Shown here in pieces: positions 17,601 through 26,049 of a DNA stretch of 42,553 nucleotides; position 1 is the stretch's first letter; the number at the start of each line of letters is the position of its first letter. This DNA comes from Candidatus Zixiibacteriota bacterium. GTDB lineage: Bacteria > RBG-13-66-14 > B26-G2 > WVWN01. The position numbers and the translations under genes were made by a program. Where the stretch lies: assembly GCA_050117845.1 (NCBI GenBank), contig JASFLY010000024.1:1-42553 (forward strand). The letters are read 5' to 3'. Below the pieces are notes generated by a model. That model worked only from the letters and a program-made list of their open reading frames with translations. It was not told the origin of the DNA and made no database searches.

Positions 17601-19250
17601 ATGGATATTCTGTTCCAGGTACTCGTCGCGTTCTACGCCTTCGGCCTCGGCCGCGTGCCGTGGCGCTACTACATCCCGCTCACCATCCCGCTCCTCGTTC
17701 TCGCCTATATGGCCGCGCTCTACTCCGGCGCGAATTGGCTCCTCGTCTACGCCGCGTTCATCGTCTACCTCTTCCCGCTGGCGTTCGTTATATTTTTCCT
17801 CGACGGTATCGTCGGAGCCGTGGTGCGGCGAGTAGTCGGGCCGGACGCCAAGCTACCCCCGCTCGTTCGCGACGGCCTGCTGTTCGCCGTGGCGTTCGGC
17901 ATATTCCTCTTTGTTACCCACCTCGTCTTCGGCCTGCCCCGCGTCGTCGCCTACTTCCTCGGCGGCCTCGTCGCCAAGGAACCGCTCCGCGCGTTCGACC
18001 TCGGGTACTACTTCAGCTCGTGGGCGGACGCGGCCCGAGCCGTGCCGGCCTTCGCGGCCTACGTATTCTTCTTCCTCTTCGCCCGGGGCGCGCTGTACCG
18101 GCTGGGCCACGAGGTGAAAGTGCCCGCCGGTGCAACCTACGACCCACCCCCCCCAATGACCCCGGACGCCCCGCCCCCGCCGACGCCCCGCACGAAGCCG
18201 GGCCAGTTCGTCTTCATCGTAGTGTGCGTCTACATCCTGCCCACGGCGGTCAGCCTGGCCTTCATGTTGTACACCGGCGGATTCGGCAACGCGGAGTACA
18301 ACGCGCTGGGCCTGGACGACGACGGCCGGCGGGTCCTGTGGGCCGACGTCAACGGCGACGGCCGGGCCGACCCCGTCCTCGCCGGCGGGACCTACGCCAA
18401 CCCGGACGCGTTCGCCGTCGCGCTCGACGGTCGGACGGGGGATACATTATGGTATACCGACCTGCCGGGCGAGTGGTGCTCGGCCTCGCCGATGGCCGGG
18501 GGCGACGTCGGCTTCTTCCTAACGAAGAGGCCGGGCGCGGCCACCGGCGAGATATTCGCGCTCGACCTTGCGACCGGCGTACTCCGTTGGCGGCGGGACC
18601 TCCCGGCCGACGCGGCCGCGCTCAACCGTGGCACCCCGTGGCAGCGCCGCGGCGGCACGCTGATAGTGCCGATCGACTACGAACGGGCTTGGGCGGTGGA
18701 CACGCGCGACGGCCGCGTCGTTAACGAGAACGCGCCCCTCCCCGAGGCCGAATGGACGCCGGAACCCTACCTCGAATACGTGGCGGACGGCGTCTTCTAC
18801 TACCGGGACGGCGACGCGCGCCGCTTCACGCTCCGCGTCGACGACTTCTTCCGGCAGTTCAGCCCCTACTACTCCTTCCGCCTCAGCGACTATCGGCCGA
18901 GCGGCTTCGACCTGCTATGGACGGGCGACGGCTTTCTGTTGCTGAACATGCCCGATAAATATTATTACGGCCTGATTATCCCGGCCTGGGTCGACGCGCT
19001 GTATCGGCTCGACGAGGACGGCGGCGTACGCTGGGAGTTGGCCGACGGCCGACTGTACACGGTGGAGGCGGCGGCCGGCGTCAGCGACGACCTTATTTTG
19101 ATAGTGGGCCGGGGTGCCAACCGCAGGCCGCTGCTGGCCGCCATATCGCCCCGCACCGGGGCCCTACTCTGGACCTGGAACCGGCCGCTTACGGTGCGCG
19201 AACGTATATCCCGGCAGTGGAAGTACTTCACGGAGATGTACTCGTCCTGA
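17601..19250 (+). CDS. membrane protein with C-terminal PQQ-like beta-propeller repeats
   Basis: About 6 N-terminal TM segments, Pro-rich linker, then ALDGRTGDTLW / ALDLATGVLRW / AISPRTGALLW repeats. Confidence 0.65.
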   Translation: MDILFQVLVAFYAFGLGRVPWRYYIPLTIPLLVLAYMAALYSGANWLLVYAAFIVYLFPLAFVIFFLDGIVGAVVRRVVGPDAKLPPLVRDGLLFAVAFGIFLFVTHLVFGLPRVVAYFLGGLVAKEPLRAFDLGYYFSSWADAARAVPAFAAYVFFFLFARGALYRLGHEVKVPAGATYDPPPPMTPDAPPPPTPRTKPGQFVFIVVCVYILPTAVSLAFMLYTGGFGNAEYNALGLDDDGRRVLWADVNGDGRADPVLAGGTYANPDAFAVALDGRTGDTLWYTDLPGEWCSASPMAGGDVGFFLTKRPGAATGEIFALDLATGVLRWRRDLPADAAALNRGTPWQRRGGTLIVPIDYERAWAVDTRDGRVVNENAPLPEAEWTPEPYLEYVADGVFYYRDGDARRFTLRVDDFFRQFSPYYSFRLSDYRPSGFDLLWTGDGFLLLNMPDKYYYGLIIPAWVDALYRLDEDGGVRWELADGRLYTVEAAAGVSDDLILIVGRGANRRPLLAAISPRTGALLWTWNRPLTVRERISRQWKYFTEMYSS

Positions 19251-19291
19251 GCTTATACAAAATAACACCGTATTACCGGCGCCGCAGGGGG

Positions 19292-19320
19292 TTGAAATCG
19301 CTCCCTGTTTTTGCTATACT
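19292..19320 (+). promoter_or_regulatory. sigma70 promoter
   Basis: TTGAAA-17 nt-TATACT. Confidence 0.65.
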
Positions 19321-19471
19321 GCCGCCGCTTGGTAAGGACTGACGAAAGCTATCGGCGGCGTTGCCGCCTCCGGCCCGAGGCCGGGTTAAAACGAATGGAG
19401 AGCCGCCCGCTGGGTCGGGCGCGAAAGCGTTTTTATATACGACCGGGTTTTTACCTGGCGTTTTTATTTTT

Positions 19472-19497
19472 CCGGCCTTAAAGGCCGGCTTTTTTTT
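19472..19497 (+). terminator. intrinsic terminator within 5' leader
   Basis: CCGGCCT-TAA-AGGCCGG-C-T8. Confidence 0.7.
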
Positions 19498-19531
19498 ACC
19501 CGATTTTTGCCCAACAAGAGAGTGTTTCCTT

Positions 19532-20464
19532 ATGGTGTTCGTCGCGCGCCACTTTAAAAAAGCCTTCCGCTCCCCGGGCCTCGGCGGCCCCGCCCTGGCC
19601 CGCCACGACGGCCGCCTGTTCCTGGCCTGGATCGCCTATGACGGAACCGGCAAGGTCCGCTTCGTCTCCAGCCGGGACGGCATATATTTCGAACCCGCGT
19701 TCACCGCCCCCTGGAAGAGCGGCCCCGGCATCGCGTTGGCCTCCTGCTACGGCCGCCTGTACTTCGCGTGGACGGCCCCGGGGCCGGGGGGCAATTTCTA
19801 CGTCGGATGGTGCGACGAGTGTGACGGCCGGCCCGCCGGGTGGGCCAGGCTCCCCTTCCAGAGTAAAACCGGGCCGGCGCTCGCGGCCTTCAACGGAAAC
19901 CTTTACGCGGCGTGGGCCGGGTATGAAAATAGGATCACGGTAGCCCGGCTCCACGAGGACGGCGACGTGGACCACCGCTCGGTAGTCACCCTCAACGGCG
20001 CCAGCATAGACGGCCCCGCGCTCGCGGCCCACGAAGGCCGCCTTTACGTAGCCTGGGCCGGGTTCTACCTCCACCGGGGGTTGTTCCTGGCCTGTTCGGA
20101 GGACGGCGAACGCTTCGACGTTCCCGCGGCGCCGCGGGCCGACGAGGTCGGCATCCGCGGGCCGGCGCTGGCGTCCTCCCCGGAGGGGCTGACTCTCGTA
20201 TGGGTCGGGCGCGCGCCGGAGAGGCAGATACTCCTGCTGGATGACGCCGTCGACGCCGCTTGTGAGGCCCGGCCCATTCCGGCGTCCGGCGTTCGGGCCC
20301 GGCCCGGAGCCGCGTTCTTCGAGGGCCTTAAAATAGCCTGGACGAGCGCCGAGGACCTGTGCGTCAACCTCGCGTTCGAGACCGCGCCGCCCGGCACGGA
20401 CCTCCCGCCGTACTGCCCGCCGCTCAAAAGCCCCGCCGGCGGAGCGGGCGGCGGCCGGGGGTGA
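19532..20464 (+). CDS. hypothetical repeat (probable beta-propeller) protein
   Basis: About 6 repeats of S..GPALA..xGxL[YF]xAW; likely start ATG at 19532, downstream of the terminator. Confidence 0.6.
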   Translation: MVFVARHFKKAFRSPGLGGPALARHDGRLFLAWIAYDGTGKVRFVSSRDGIYFEPAFTAPWKSGPGIALASCYGRLYFAWTAPGPGGNFYVGWCDECDGRPAGWARLPFQSKTGPALAAFNGNLYAAWAGYENRITVARLHEDGDVDHRSVVTLNGASIDGPALAAHEGRLYVAWAGFYLHRGLFLACSEDGERFDVPAAPRADEVGIRGPALASSPEGLTLVWVGRAPERQILLLDDAVDAACEARPIPASGVRARPGAAFFEGLKIAWTSAEDLCVNLAFETAPPGTDLPPYCPPLKSPAGGAGGGRG

Positions 20465-20473
20465 ACGGCAAAC

Positions 20474-22126
20474 GTGAATAAAAACGTGCATTACTGGATG
20501 GTGTGCGACGCCGTAAGATACATAAAATATTACGGCAGCGCCCGACAGCGTGAAGCGCTGGAGAATTTCCAGGAGGGCTTTCAGGCCCACGCGGCGTTAT
20601 ATTTCGACGAGTATTACCGCCTCCTCCTGGGCACCCGGAAAGTACCGGCGGGCCGCCTTCCGATGTACGAGACGCTCGTGGAAATCGTGGTCGGGACCTG
20701 GGCCCGGTGGACCGACTGCTTCCAGGACGTCGCCGTAAGGCCGACGACGTGGGTCGCCCTCGACAATATAACCGAATGGGACGGCCACTCCCTGACCGCG
20801 CTCAACCACTTCATTATACCGTTCGAGACCTCTCCCCGTGGATGGCGGCGGGGCTGCGGGTACTGGTTCCCGGCGTCGAGCCGGGACGGCAAAGACGCCT
20901 GGGCCGTGGCGCGGGTCGCCAACCTCCTGCGGCTGGGTGTGGCGATAGAACAATCGTCGGTGCTGCAGGCGCTGAAGCCGCTGTGGGACGGGGCCGACGA
21001 CGCCTGGGACGACAACTTCGAGGTTCCCGGCGCCAAAACCGTCTTCGCGCCCGTTTCGACCCTGGCCTGGTACTACTACCGGGCGTTCCTGCGCGGGGAA
21101 GCGCTCGACGTCCGGATAGGGCCGGCGGACTTCGTCGCGGCCGGCCCCGCCCTCCTGGGGCCGTGCGCCCACGCCTTCGGCGACGCCTGCGTCCCCCAAC
21201 ACGTCCGCGGCACGCTCGACCTCTACCACCAGGAGTGGGAAGCCTGGGTCGAGACCCTCGTTTACCACTGGGACGTGGACCTCGTTCCGCCGCGGGTGGA
21301 GGAGTTCCTGGAGGACGAACCCTTCGTAGGCCGCTGGGAATACGGCGCGGCCGCCGGCGAACACGTCGCCGGCACCATGGCCATAGATTACGTCGTCTAC
21401 GAAGTGGCGCGGCTGGCCGTAGGCCGGCTCGCGCGCTCCTTCGACGGGCCGGACGGTTTTTATAAATCGGGCAGGAAAGAATGGGCGGCCTACATGGAGG
21501 GCCCGTACGAACGCCGGCGAGAGGACGCCGAATACCTGTACAACCTGGCCGTCGCCGGCACCGTGCACTTAATAGAGCGGGCGTGGGACGACGTCGGCGT
21601 TGCGGCGTCGAGCGCGTGCGCCGGCGGCGAAACGGCCGTTCCCGCGGCGCTGGACGTATCCCTCGCCGAAACCGGCCGGATGGACCTCTTGCCCGCGGAA
21701 CAACTGCACGAGAGTTTCCAATTCGACGCGCCCCCCGGCGGGGAGGCGACGGAAGAAGTGGTCCGCACCGCGGGCGCCCCGTCCTCCCCGAGCGCCGGCC
21801 TTTCCAAGCCCATATTAGGTTATTACAACTTCCGCCTGCCCTCCGTGGACGAATGCCGGGACACCCGACTCTTCGCTGACTACGTTAAATCCTTTCGCGC
21901 CCACGGCACGCGGGACATCATCTCGAAAGTGGTCAAGGGCCTGACCGCGTGCGGCCGCGCGTTCCTCAACCGAGACAAAGCCGAAAGCCCGCTCCGGCTG
22001 GCGTCGACGACGGCGCCGAACGGCCGGCCCAGGAAACGCAAGCCGACCTCCCCCGCGGGCCGGCATATCGTATGGGAGCCCGACCCGCCCATGCGGGACC
22101 TGATATCGGCATTCCCGTACGGATAA
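20474..22126 (+). CDS. zinc-dependent phospholipase C / P1-nuclease-fold-like protein
   Basis: N-terminal His (MNKNVH), NHF, HAFGDACVPQH and HQEWE match the zinc-ligand pattern of that superfamily. Confidence 0.5.
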   Translation: MNKNVHYWMVCDAVRYIKYYGSARQREALENFQEGFQAHAALYFDEYYRLLLGTRKVPAGRLPMYETLVEIVVGTWARWTDCFQDVAVRPTTWVALDNITEWDGHSLTALNHFIIPFETSPRGWRRGCGYWFPASSRDGKDAWAVARVANLLRLGVAIEQSSVLQALKPLWDGADDAWDDNFEVPGAKTVFAPVSTLAWYYYRAFLRGEALDVRIGPADFVAAGPALLGPCAHAFGDACVPQHVRGTLDLYHQEWEAWVETLVYHWDVDLVPPRVEEFLEDEPFVGRWEYGAAAGEHVAGTMAIDYVVYEVARLAVGRLARSFDGPDGFYKSGRKEWAAYMEGPYERRREDAEYLYNLAVAGTVHLIERAWDDVGVAASSACAGGETAVPAALDVSLAETGRMDLLPAEQLHESFQFDAPPGGEATEEVVRTAGAPSSPSAGLSKPILGYYNFRLPSVDECRDTRLFADYVKSFRAHGTRDIISKVVKGLTACGRAFLNRDKAESPLRLASTTAPNGRPRKRKPTSPAGRHIVWEPDPPMRDLISAFPYG

Positions 22127-22141
22127 AGGAGAACGAGTAAA

Positions 22142-23203
22142 ATGAAAATATTATACGGAGCCGTAACGATGGGCGACGGCCACTTCAGCCGGGCGTGTGC
22201 CATAGTGCCGCGCCTCAGGGCCGCGGGCCTGGACGTGGACGTCGTCTTCTCCGGCGATCACAGCTCCGGCCTCAAGGTCGCCGCGGAAAAAGTCCGGCCC
22301 TACCGGGCCTTCTACGGCCTGACCTACGTCCGGCACGAAGGCCGCGTCAATTACTCCCGAACCATATCCCGCTTCCGGCCCGGCCGGCTCCGCCGCGACT
22401 ACCGATCCCTTGGCGGCCGCTACGACCTGGTCATCACCGACTTCGAACCCCTCACCGCCTGGTGGGGCAGGAATCGGAATATACCCGTTATCGGGATTTC
22501 ACATCATTACGCGTTGTGGGGGCCTGCTCCCCGGCCTCGGCGGCCCGACCCCCTGGCGGAAGCGATCATAAGGTGGTACGCGCCGGTCGACGTGCCCATC
22601 GGCCTCCATTGGCGGCCGACGACGCCGACCACGCTGCCGCCGGTCATCCGTCCCGAGGTCGCCGGGGCCGCGCCCCACCGCGCGGGCCACGTCCTCTTCT
22701 ACCTCCCCAGCTATACCGCGCCCACGATTGACGCCCTGTGCCGGGACGAGCGTTTACGGGGATACCGCTTCATTGCCTACCCCCGCAAGGACGACTACGA
22801 GCCGCGCGCGTCGAACCTTACGCTCAAGCCGTTCTCCAGACAGGGCTTCGCGGCCGATCTCGCGGCTGCCGACGCCGTCGTCACCAACGCCGGCTTTACC
22901 CTCCTCTCGGAATGCTTCCATTTGGGCAAACCGGTATACTCCGTCCCGGAGGCGGGACAACGGGAACAACAAATAAACGCCGCCGCGTTGCGGAAATGGG
23001 ACCTCGCGATTTGCTCTCCGACGCTACGCGCCGGCGAGTTGGCCGGGTGGCTGAGGAATCCTCCACCCGGCCGACCTACTCCCTTCCCGAACGTCGTCGA
23101 CGCCTTCGTGAACTGGATAACCGGCGGCATGAACGGAACGCCCGAACGTCTGGCCGAACGGCTATGGGAACAGGTGGACACGGGCAACGGCTGCGGCGCT
23201 TGA
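22142..23203 (+). CDS. GT-B glycosyltransferase (MJ1255/VC2487-like)
   Basis: MKILYGA...GDGHFSRA, DLVITDFEP, NAGFTLLSE..HLGKP, GQREQ..NA. Confidence 0.8.
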   Translation: MKILYGAVTMGDGHFSRACAIVPRLRAAGLDVDVVFSGDHSSGLKVAAEKVRPYRAFYGLTYVRHEGRVNYSRTISRFRPGRLRRDYRSLGGRYDLVITDFEPLTAWWGRNRNIPVIGISHHYALWGPAPRPRRPDPLAEAIIRWYAPVDVPIGLHWRPTTPTTLPPVIRPEVAGAAPHRAGHVLFYLPSYTAPTIDALCRDERLRGYRFIAYPRKDDYEPRASNLTLKPFSRQGFAADLAAADAVVTNAGFTLLSECFHLGKPVYSVPEAGQREQQINAAALRKWDLAICSPTLRAGELAGWLRNPPPGRPTPFPNVVDAFVNWITGGMNGTPERLAERLWEQVDTGNGCGA

Positions 23204-23228
23204 CCTCCTTTCCGCGTTCGGTTATGAT
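23200..23228 (+). promoter_or_regulatory. sigma70 promoter
   Basis: TTGACC-17 nt-TATGAT. Confidence 0.6.
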
Positions 23229-23323
23229 ACACTACCTCTCCGGCAGCGAACGCGGGTCCGAGTTTCAATAAATACAATGCCGGTGCTGAACGCCGGTTCT
23301 TAATCGGCGCGGGAGATTGACGT

Positions 23324-23983
23324 ATGGTTAAGCCGCGGGTAGCGGAAACGGAAGACGGCATTCAGGGTGAGTTCAACGTCCGCTCCTACGACGCGATGCA
23401 GCGGCGGATGCGGGACCGGGGATGGCTCGAGACCGACGCCGTAATCAAAAGCGGCATCACGGAGGGACACGCGTTGGAACTGGGGCCGGGGCCGGGTTAC
23501 GTCGGCCTGGAGTGGTTGAAGAAGACCGCCGGCACCACGCTAACGGGGGTGGACATCAGCCCCGACATGGTGGCGCTGGCGCGCGAGAACGCCGCGGCCT
23601 ACGGCTTCGCCGACCGGACGGAATACGTCGTAAGCTCCGGCAACGACATCCCCTTCGACTCGGGAACGTTCGACGCGGCCTTCACCACCGGCTCGATGCA
23701 CGAGTGGGCGGAGGCCGAAGCGACGTTCGAGGAACTGTGGCGGGTTCTGAGACCCGGAGGCCGCCTCTTCATATCCGACCTCCGGCGGGATATGAACCGC
23801 CTGATCCGCTGGTTCATATCCATCAACGCCAAACCGGACGTAATGCGGCAAGGCTTCAACACGTCGGTGAACGCGTCGTACACGCCGAAGGAACTGCGCG
23901 AACTCATCGCGGGTACGAGCCTGCGCGGGTGCGTCGTGACGGGGAACCCCGTCGGCCTGAGACTCGCCGGCGTCAAGCCGTAA
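23324..23983 (+). CDS. class I SAM-dependent methyltransferase
   Basis: ALELGPGPG, GVDISPDM, IPFDSGTFD, RVLRPGG. Confidence 0.9.
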   Translation: MVKPRVAETEDGIQGEFNVRSYDAMQRRMRDRGWLETDAVIKSGITEGHALELGPGPGYVGLEWLKKTAGTTLTGVDISPDMVALARENAAAYGFADRTEYVVSSGNDIPFDSGTFDAAFTTGSMHEWAEAEATFEELWRVLRPGGRLFISDLRRDMNRLIRWFISINAKPDVMRQGFNTSVNASYTPKELRELIAGTSLRGCVVTGNPVGLRLAGVKP

Positions 23984-24013
23984 CCGCGCCCGGCCCCCGA
24001 TATAACACGCAAT

Positions 24014-24040
24014 AAAAAAGGAGCCGTGACGGCTCCTTTT
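24014..24040. terminator. bidirectional terminator
   Basis: AAAAAAGGAGCCGTGACGGCTCCTTTT between convergent genes. Confidence 0.8.
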
Positions 24041-24062
24041 AAGTATTATTCCGGATGTAGGT

Positions 24063-24827
24063 TTATTTCCCGCCGCGGCCCATGCCGCCGCCGCCACCGG
24101 CACCTTTACCGGCGCCACCGCCGGCACCACCGCCGGCGCCTTTACCCGCGCCGCCGCCGGAACCCGTCCCGGTGCCTTTACCGGATCCGCTGCCGCCGCC
24201 GGTGCCGTCGCGCTTGCGTTCCCGGTCGCGCTCGCGGTCCATTTCACCGGTGCCGAAACCGGCCTCGTCGCCTTCCCGGCTGGCCGGGTCGTTGGCCCAT
24301 TCCGGGTTCTTCCACCAGCCGTAGTGCTTGCCGCGGCCGGGCGTTCCCGGCGCCGCGTCGTCGCCATCGGTGGGCGCGGCCACGCCGCCGGAACTGGCGC
24401 CGAGTTCGTCGTTATAGTCGGCCCAGGCGGCCACCGCGTCGTGCAAAGTCGCGGCCTTGGCCATGTCGCCGGCCGGAGGGCCCGCGCCGAGCGCCGTCGC
24501 CAGCGCGCCCGCGCGATCCGCGCCTTCACTGGCGAGTTCGCTCAGTTCGCCGTATTCCTCGTCGCCGGTGTCCTCGGCCAGTTTCGTGGCCCTCTTCGCG
24601 ATCCCGCCGTACTTCCCGGCGAGGGTCTCGACCGTACTTTGCATCTCCCCGGCGTCGGTGTTCTGGAGGTTGTGTTCGCCCAGGTAGGCGTTCAACTCCT
24701 CCGCGACGGCGCCGAGTTCCGTCCGCAGGGCGCTGGGCGTCACGTCGGTCTTCGCCGCGCCGCCGCAACCGAAGAGCAGTAGCGCGGCCATGGCCGCCGC
24801 CGCCCCGACGATGAATGTGTTACGCAT
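24063..24827 (-). CDS. lipoprotein with Gly-rich C-terminal tail
   Basis: AGGAGG RBS, ATG at 24827, lipobox LLFGC; RERDRERKRDGTGGG followed by Gly repeats. Confidence 0.7.
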   Translation of the reverse strand: MRNTFIVGAAAAMAALLLFGCGGAAKTDVTPSALRTELGAVAEELNAYLGEHNLQNTDAGEMQSTVETLAGKYGGIAKRATKLAEDTGDEEYGELSELASEGADRAGALATALGAGPPAGDMAKAATLHDAVAAWADYNDELGASSGGVAAPTDGDDAAPGTPGRGKHYGWWKNPEWANDPASREGDEAGFGTGEMDRERDRERKRDGTGGGSGSGKGTGTGSGGGAGKGAGGGAGGGAGKGAGGGGGMGRGGK

Positions 24828-24894
24828 ATCCGTACCTCCTTGGCCTAACAAATCTTTTATTCCGTCGGCCTTGCCGGCCGTGCACAGAGCTTTA

Positions 24895-25176
24895 TCAACC
24901 GCGGTAGTCGTCGCCGGCCTCTTCGGTTTCGAGCGTCGTTCCGCCCCCGGCTCCTTTGCCTTTTCCGAGGCCCTTACCCGTACCGCCCCCGCCCGGGCAG
25001 CCTTCACACGTACCGCCGTCACACGTACCGGCGGCCTCGCAATCGGGGCACGGTTCCCCGGTCGTCACGGCCTCGACGTCTTTCCCCGTCATTGTCTCTT
25101 CCGCCTTCTTCCCGCAGCCGAACGCGAAAACGAGCGTCGCCGCCGCGGCCAGAAGGATAAATGTCGACTTGCGCAT
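24895..25176 (-). CDS. small Cys-rich lipoprotein
   Basis: GAGGTG RBS, ATG at 25176, lipobox FAFGC; CPDC...CDGGTCEGCP. Confidence 0.65.
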   Translation of the reverse strand: MRKSTFILLAAAATLVFAFGCGKKAEETMTGKDVEAVTTGEPCPDCEAAGTCDGGTCEGCPGGGGTGKGLGKGKGAGGGTTLETEEAGDDYRG

Positions 25177-25316
25177 ATTCACCTCGTGGATCTTTTTTCG
25201 GTTATTAAGGCGTTCCTTTTCGTAATTATAACATAAACAGCCATATTTACGAAGGCGAAGGCCGGGCGTCCGATCCCAATTTCCGCCCGACCCTATCGTT
25301 CGCGCCTGCGACGACG

Positions 25317-26015
25317 CTAATCGAACTTGCTATCCGGAATACCCTGGTTGAACTTGTAGCCGGTGTAGGTGGTGGTAATGTAGATGTCTTTATTGATGAA
25401 GAGAAGGAAGGTCGCCTTGGCGTACATCACGACCTTGCGGGCCATTATTCGGCCGCCGTAATCGCTGAAGTACATCGTCATACTCGACTCCGAGCAGTGC
25501 TCCGGCTGGACGTAAGGCTCGCCCGTACCCTTCACGAGTTTAAAGCCGTCGGCCGTGACCCAAATCGAGCCGTGCAGATAACCGTCCGTCTTCTTCGTCG
25601 AGTTGTACGCCACGCGGTAACATTCCTTCCCCGAAACTTCCTCCGTCGCCTTGTACGTGAAACGGTAGTCGCCGAAGCAATCCTCGTCGAGCGGGAGCTT
25701 GATTTCGAATTTGCCGTCGTCGTCATCCTTCTGTTCCGGAGGGTCCTTCTTCTTCCCGCCCTCGTAGTATTCCAGAACGTCGACGTGCATTTTATCGGGC
25801 TGCTTGAAGTACATCTTGCACTTGGCGCGGCCCATCTCCTCGCCGCCTTTGTCCGTCGTGACCTGGGTGAAGTCCACGGTATAATCGTCGTAGTTGTCGT
25901 CCTGGCCCCGTAATACGTCGTGCGCTTTCTTCGCTATTTCCTCGCCGGTCAAAGCGCCGGCGGCCGCCGCGCAAACGAGTCCCGTGCCGATACAAAGCAA
26001 TACGATACGTCTCAT
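25317..26015 (-). CDS. outer-membrane lipoprotein-sorting (LolA-like) protein
   Basis: Signal peptide MRRIVLLC..., LTGEEI start, YFKQPDKM, C-terminal YKFNQGIPDSKF. Confidence 0.6.
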   Translation of the reverse strand: MRRIVLLCIGTGLVCAAAAGALTGEEIAKKAHDVLRGQDDNYDDYTVDFTQVTTDKGGEEMGRAKCKMYFKQPDKMHVDVLEYYEGGKKKDPPEQKDDDDGKFEIKLPLDEDCFGDYRFTYKATEEVSGKECYRVAYNSTKKTDGYLHGSIWVTADGFKLVKGTGEPYVQPEHCSESSMTMYFSDYGGRIMARKVVMYAKATFLLFINKDIYITTTYTGYKFNQGIPDSKFD

Positions 26016-26049
26016 ATAACCCGGCCTCTCCTCGAGTTTGAAGGTTAGG

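Noticed and set aside
17471..18724. 417-aa ORF starting MAELADAADLKS
   Set aside because: Begins inside tRNA-Leu and overlaps the real gene at 17601 in another frame
19330..19425. ZTP riboswitch or hammerhead call (GACTGACGAAAG...GCCGCCCGCTGGG)
   Set aside because: The required pseudoknot complementarity and core stems are not present
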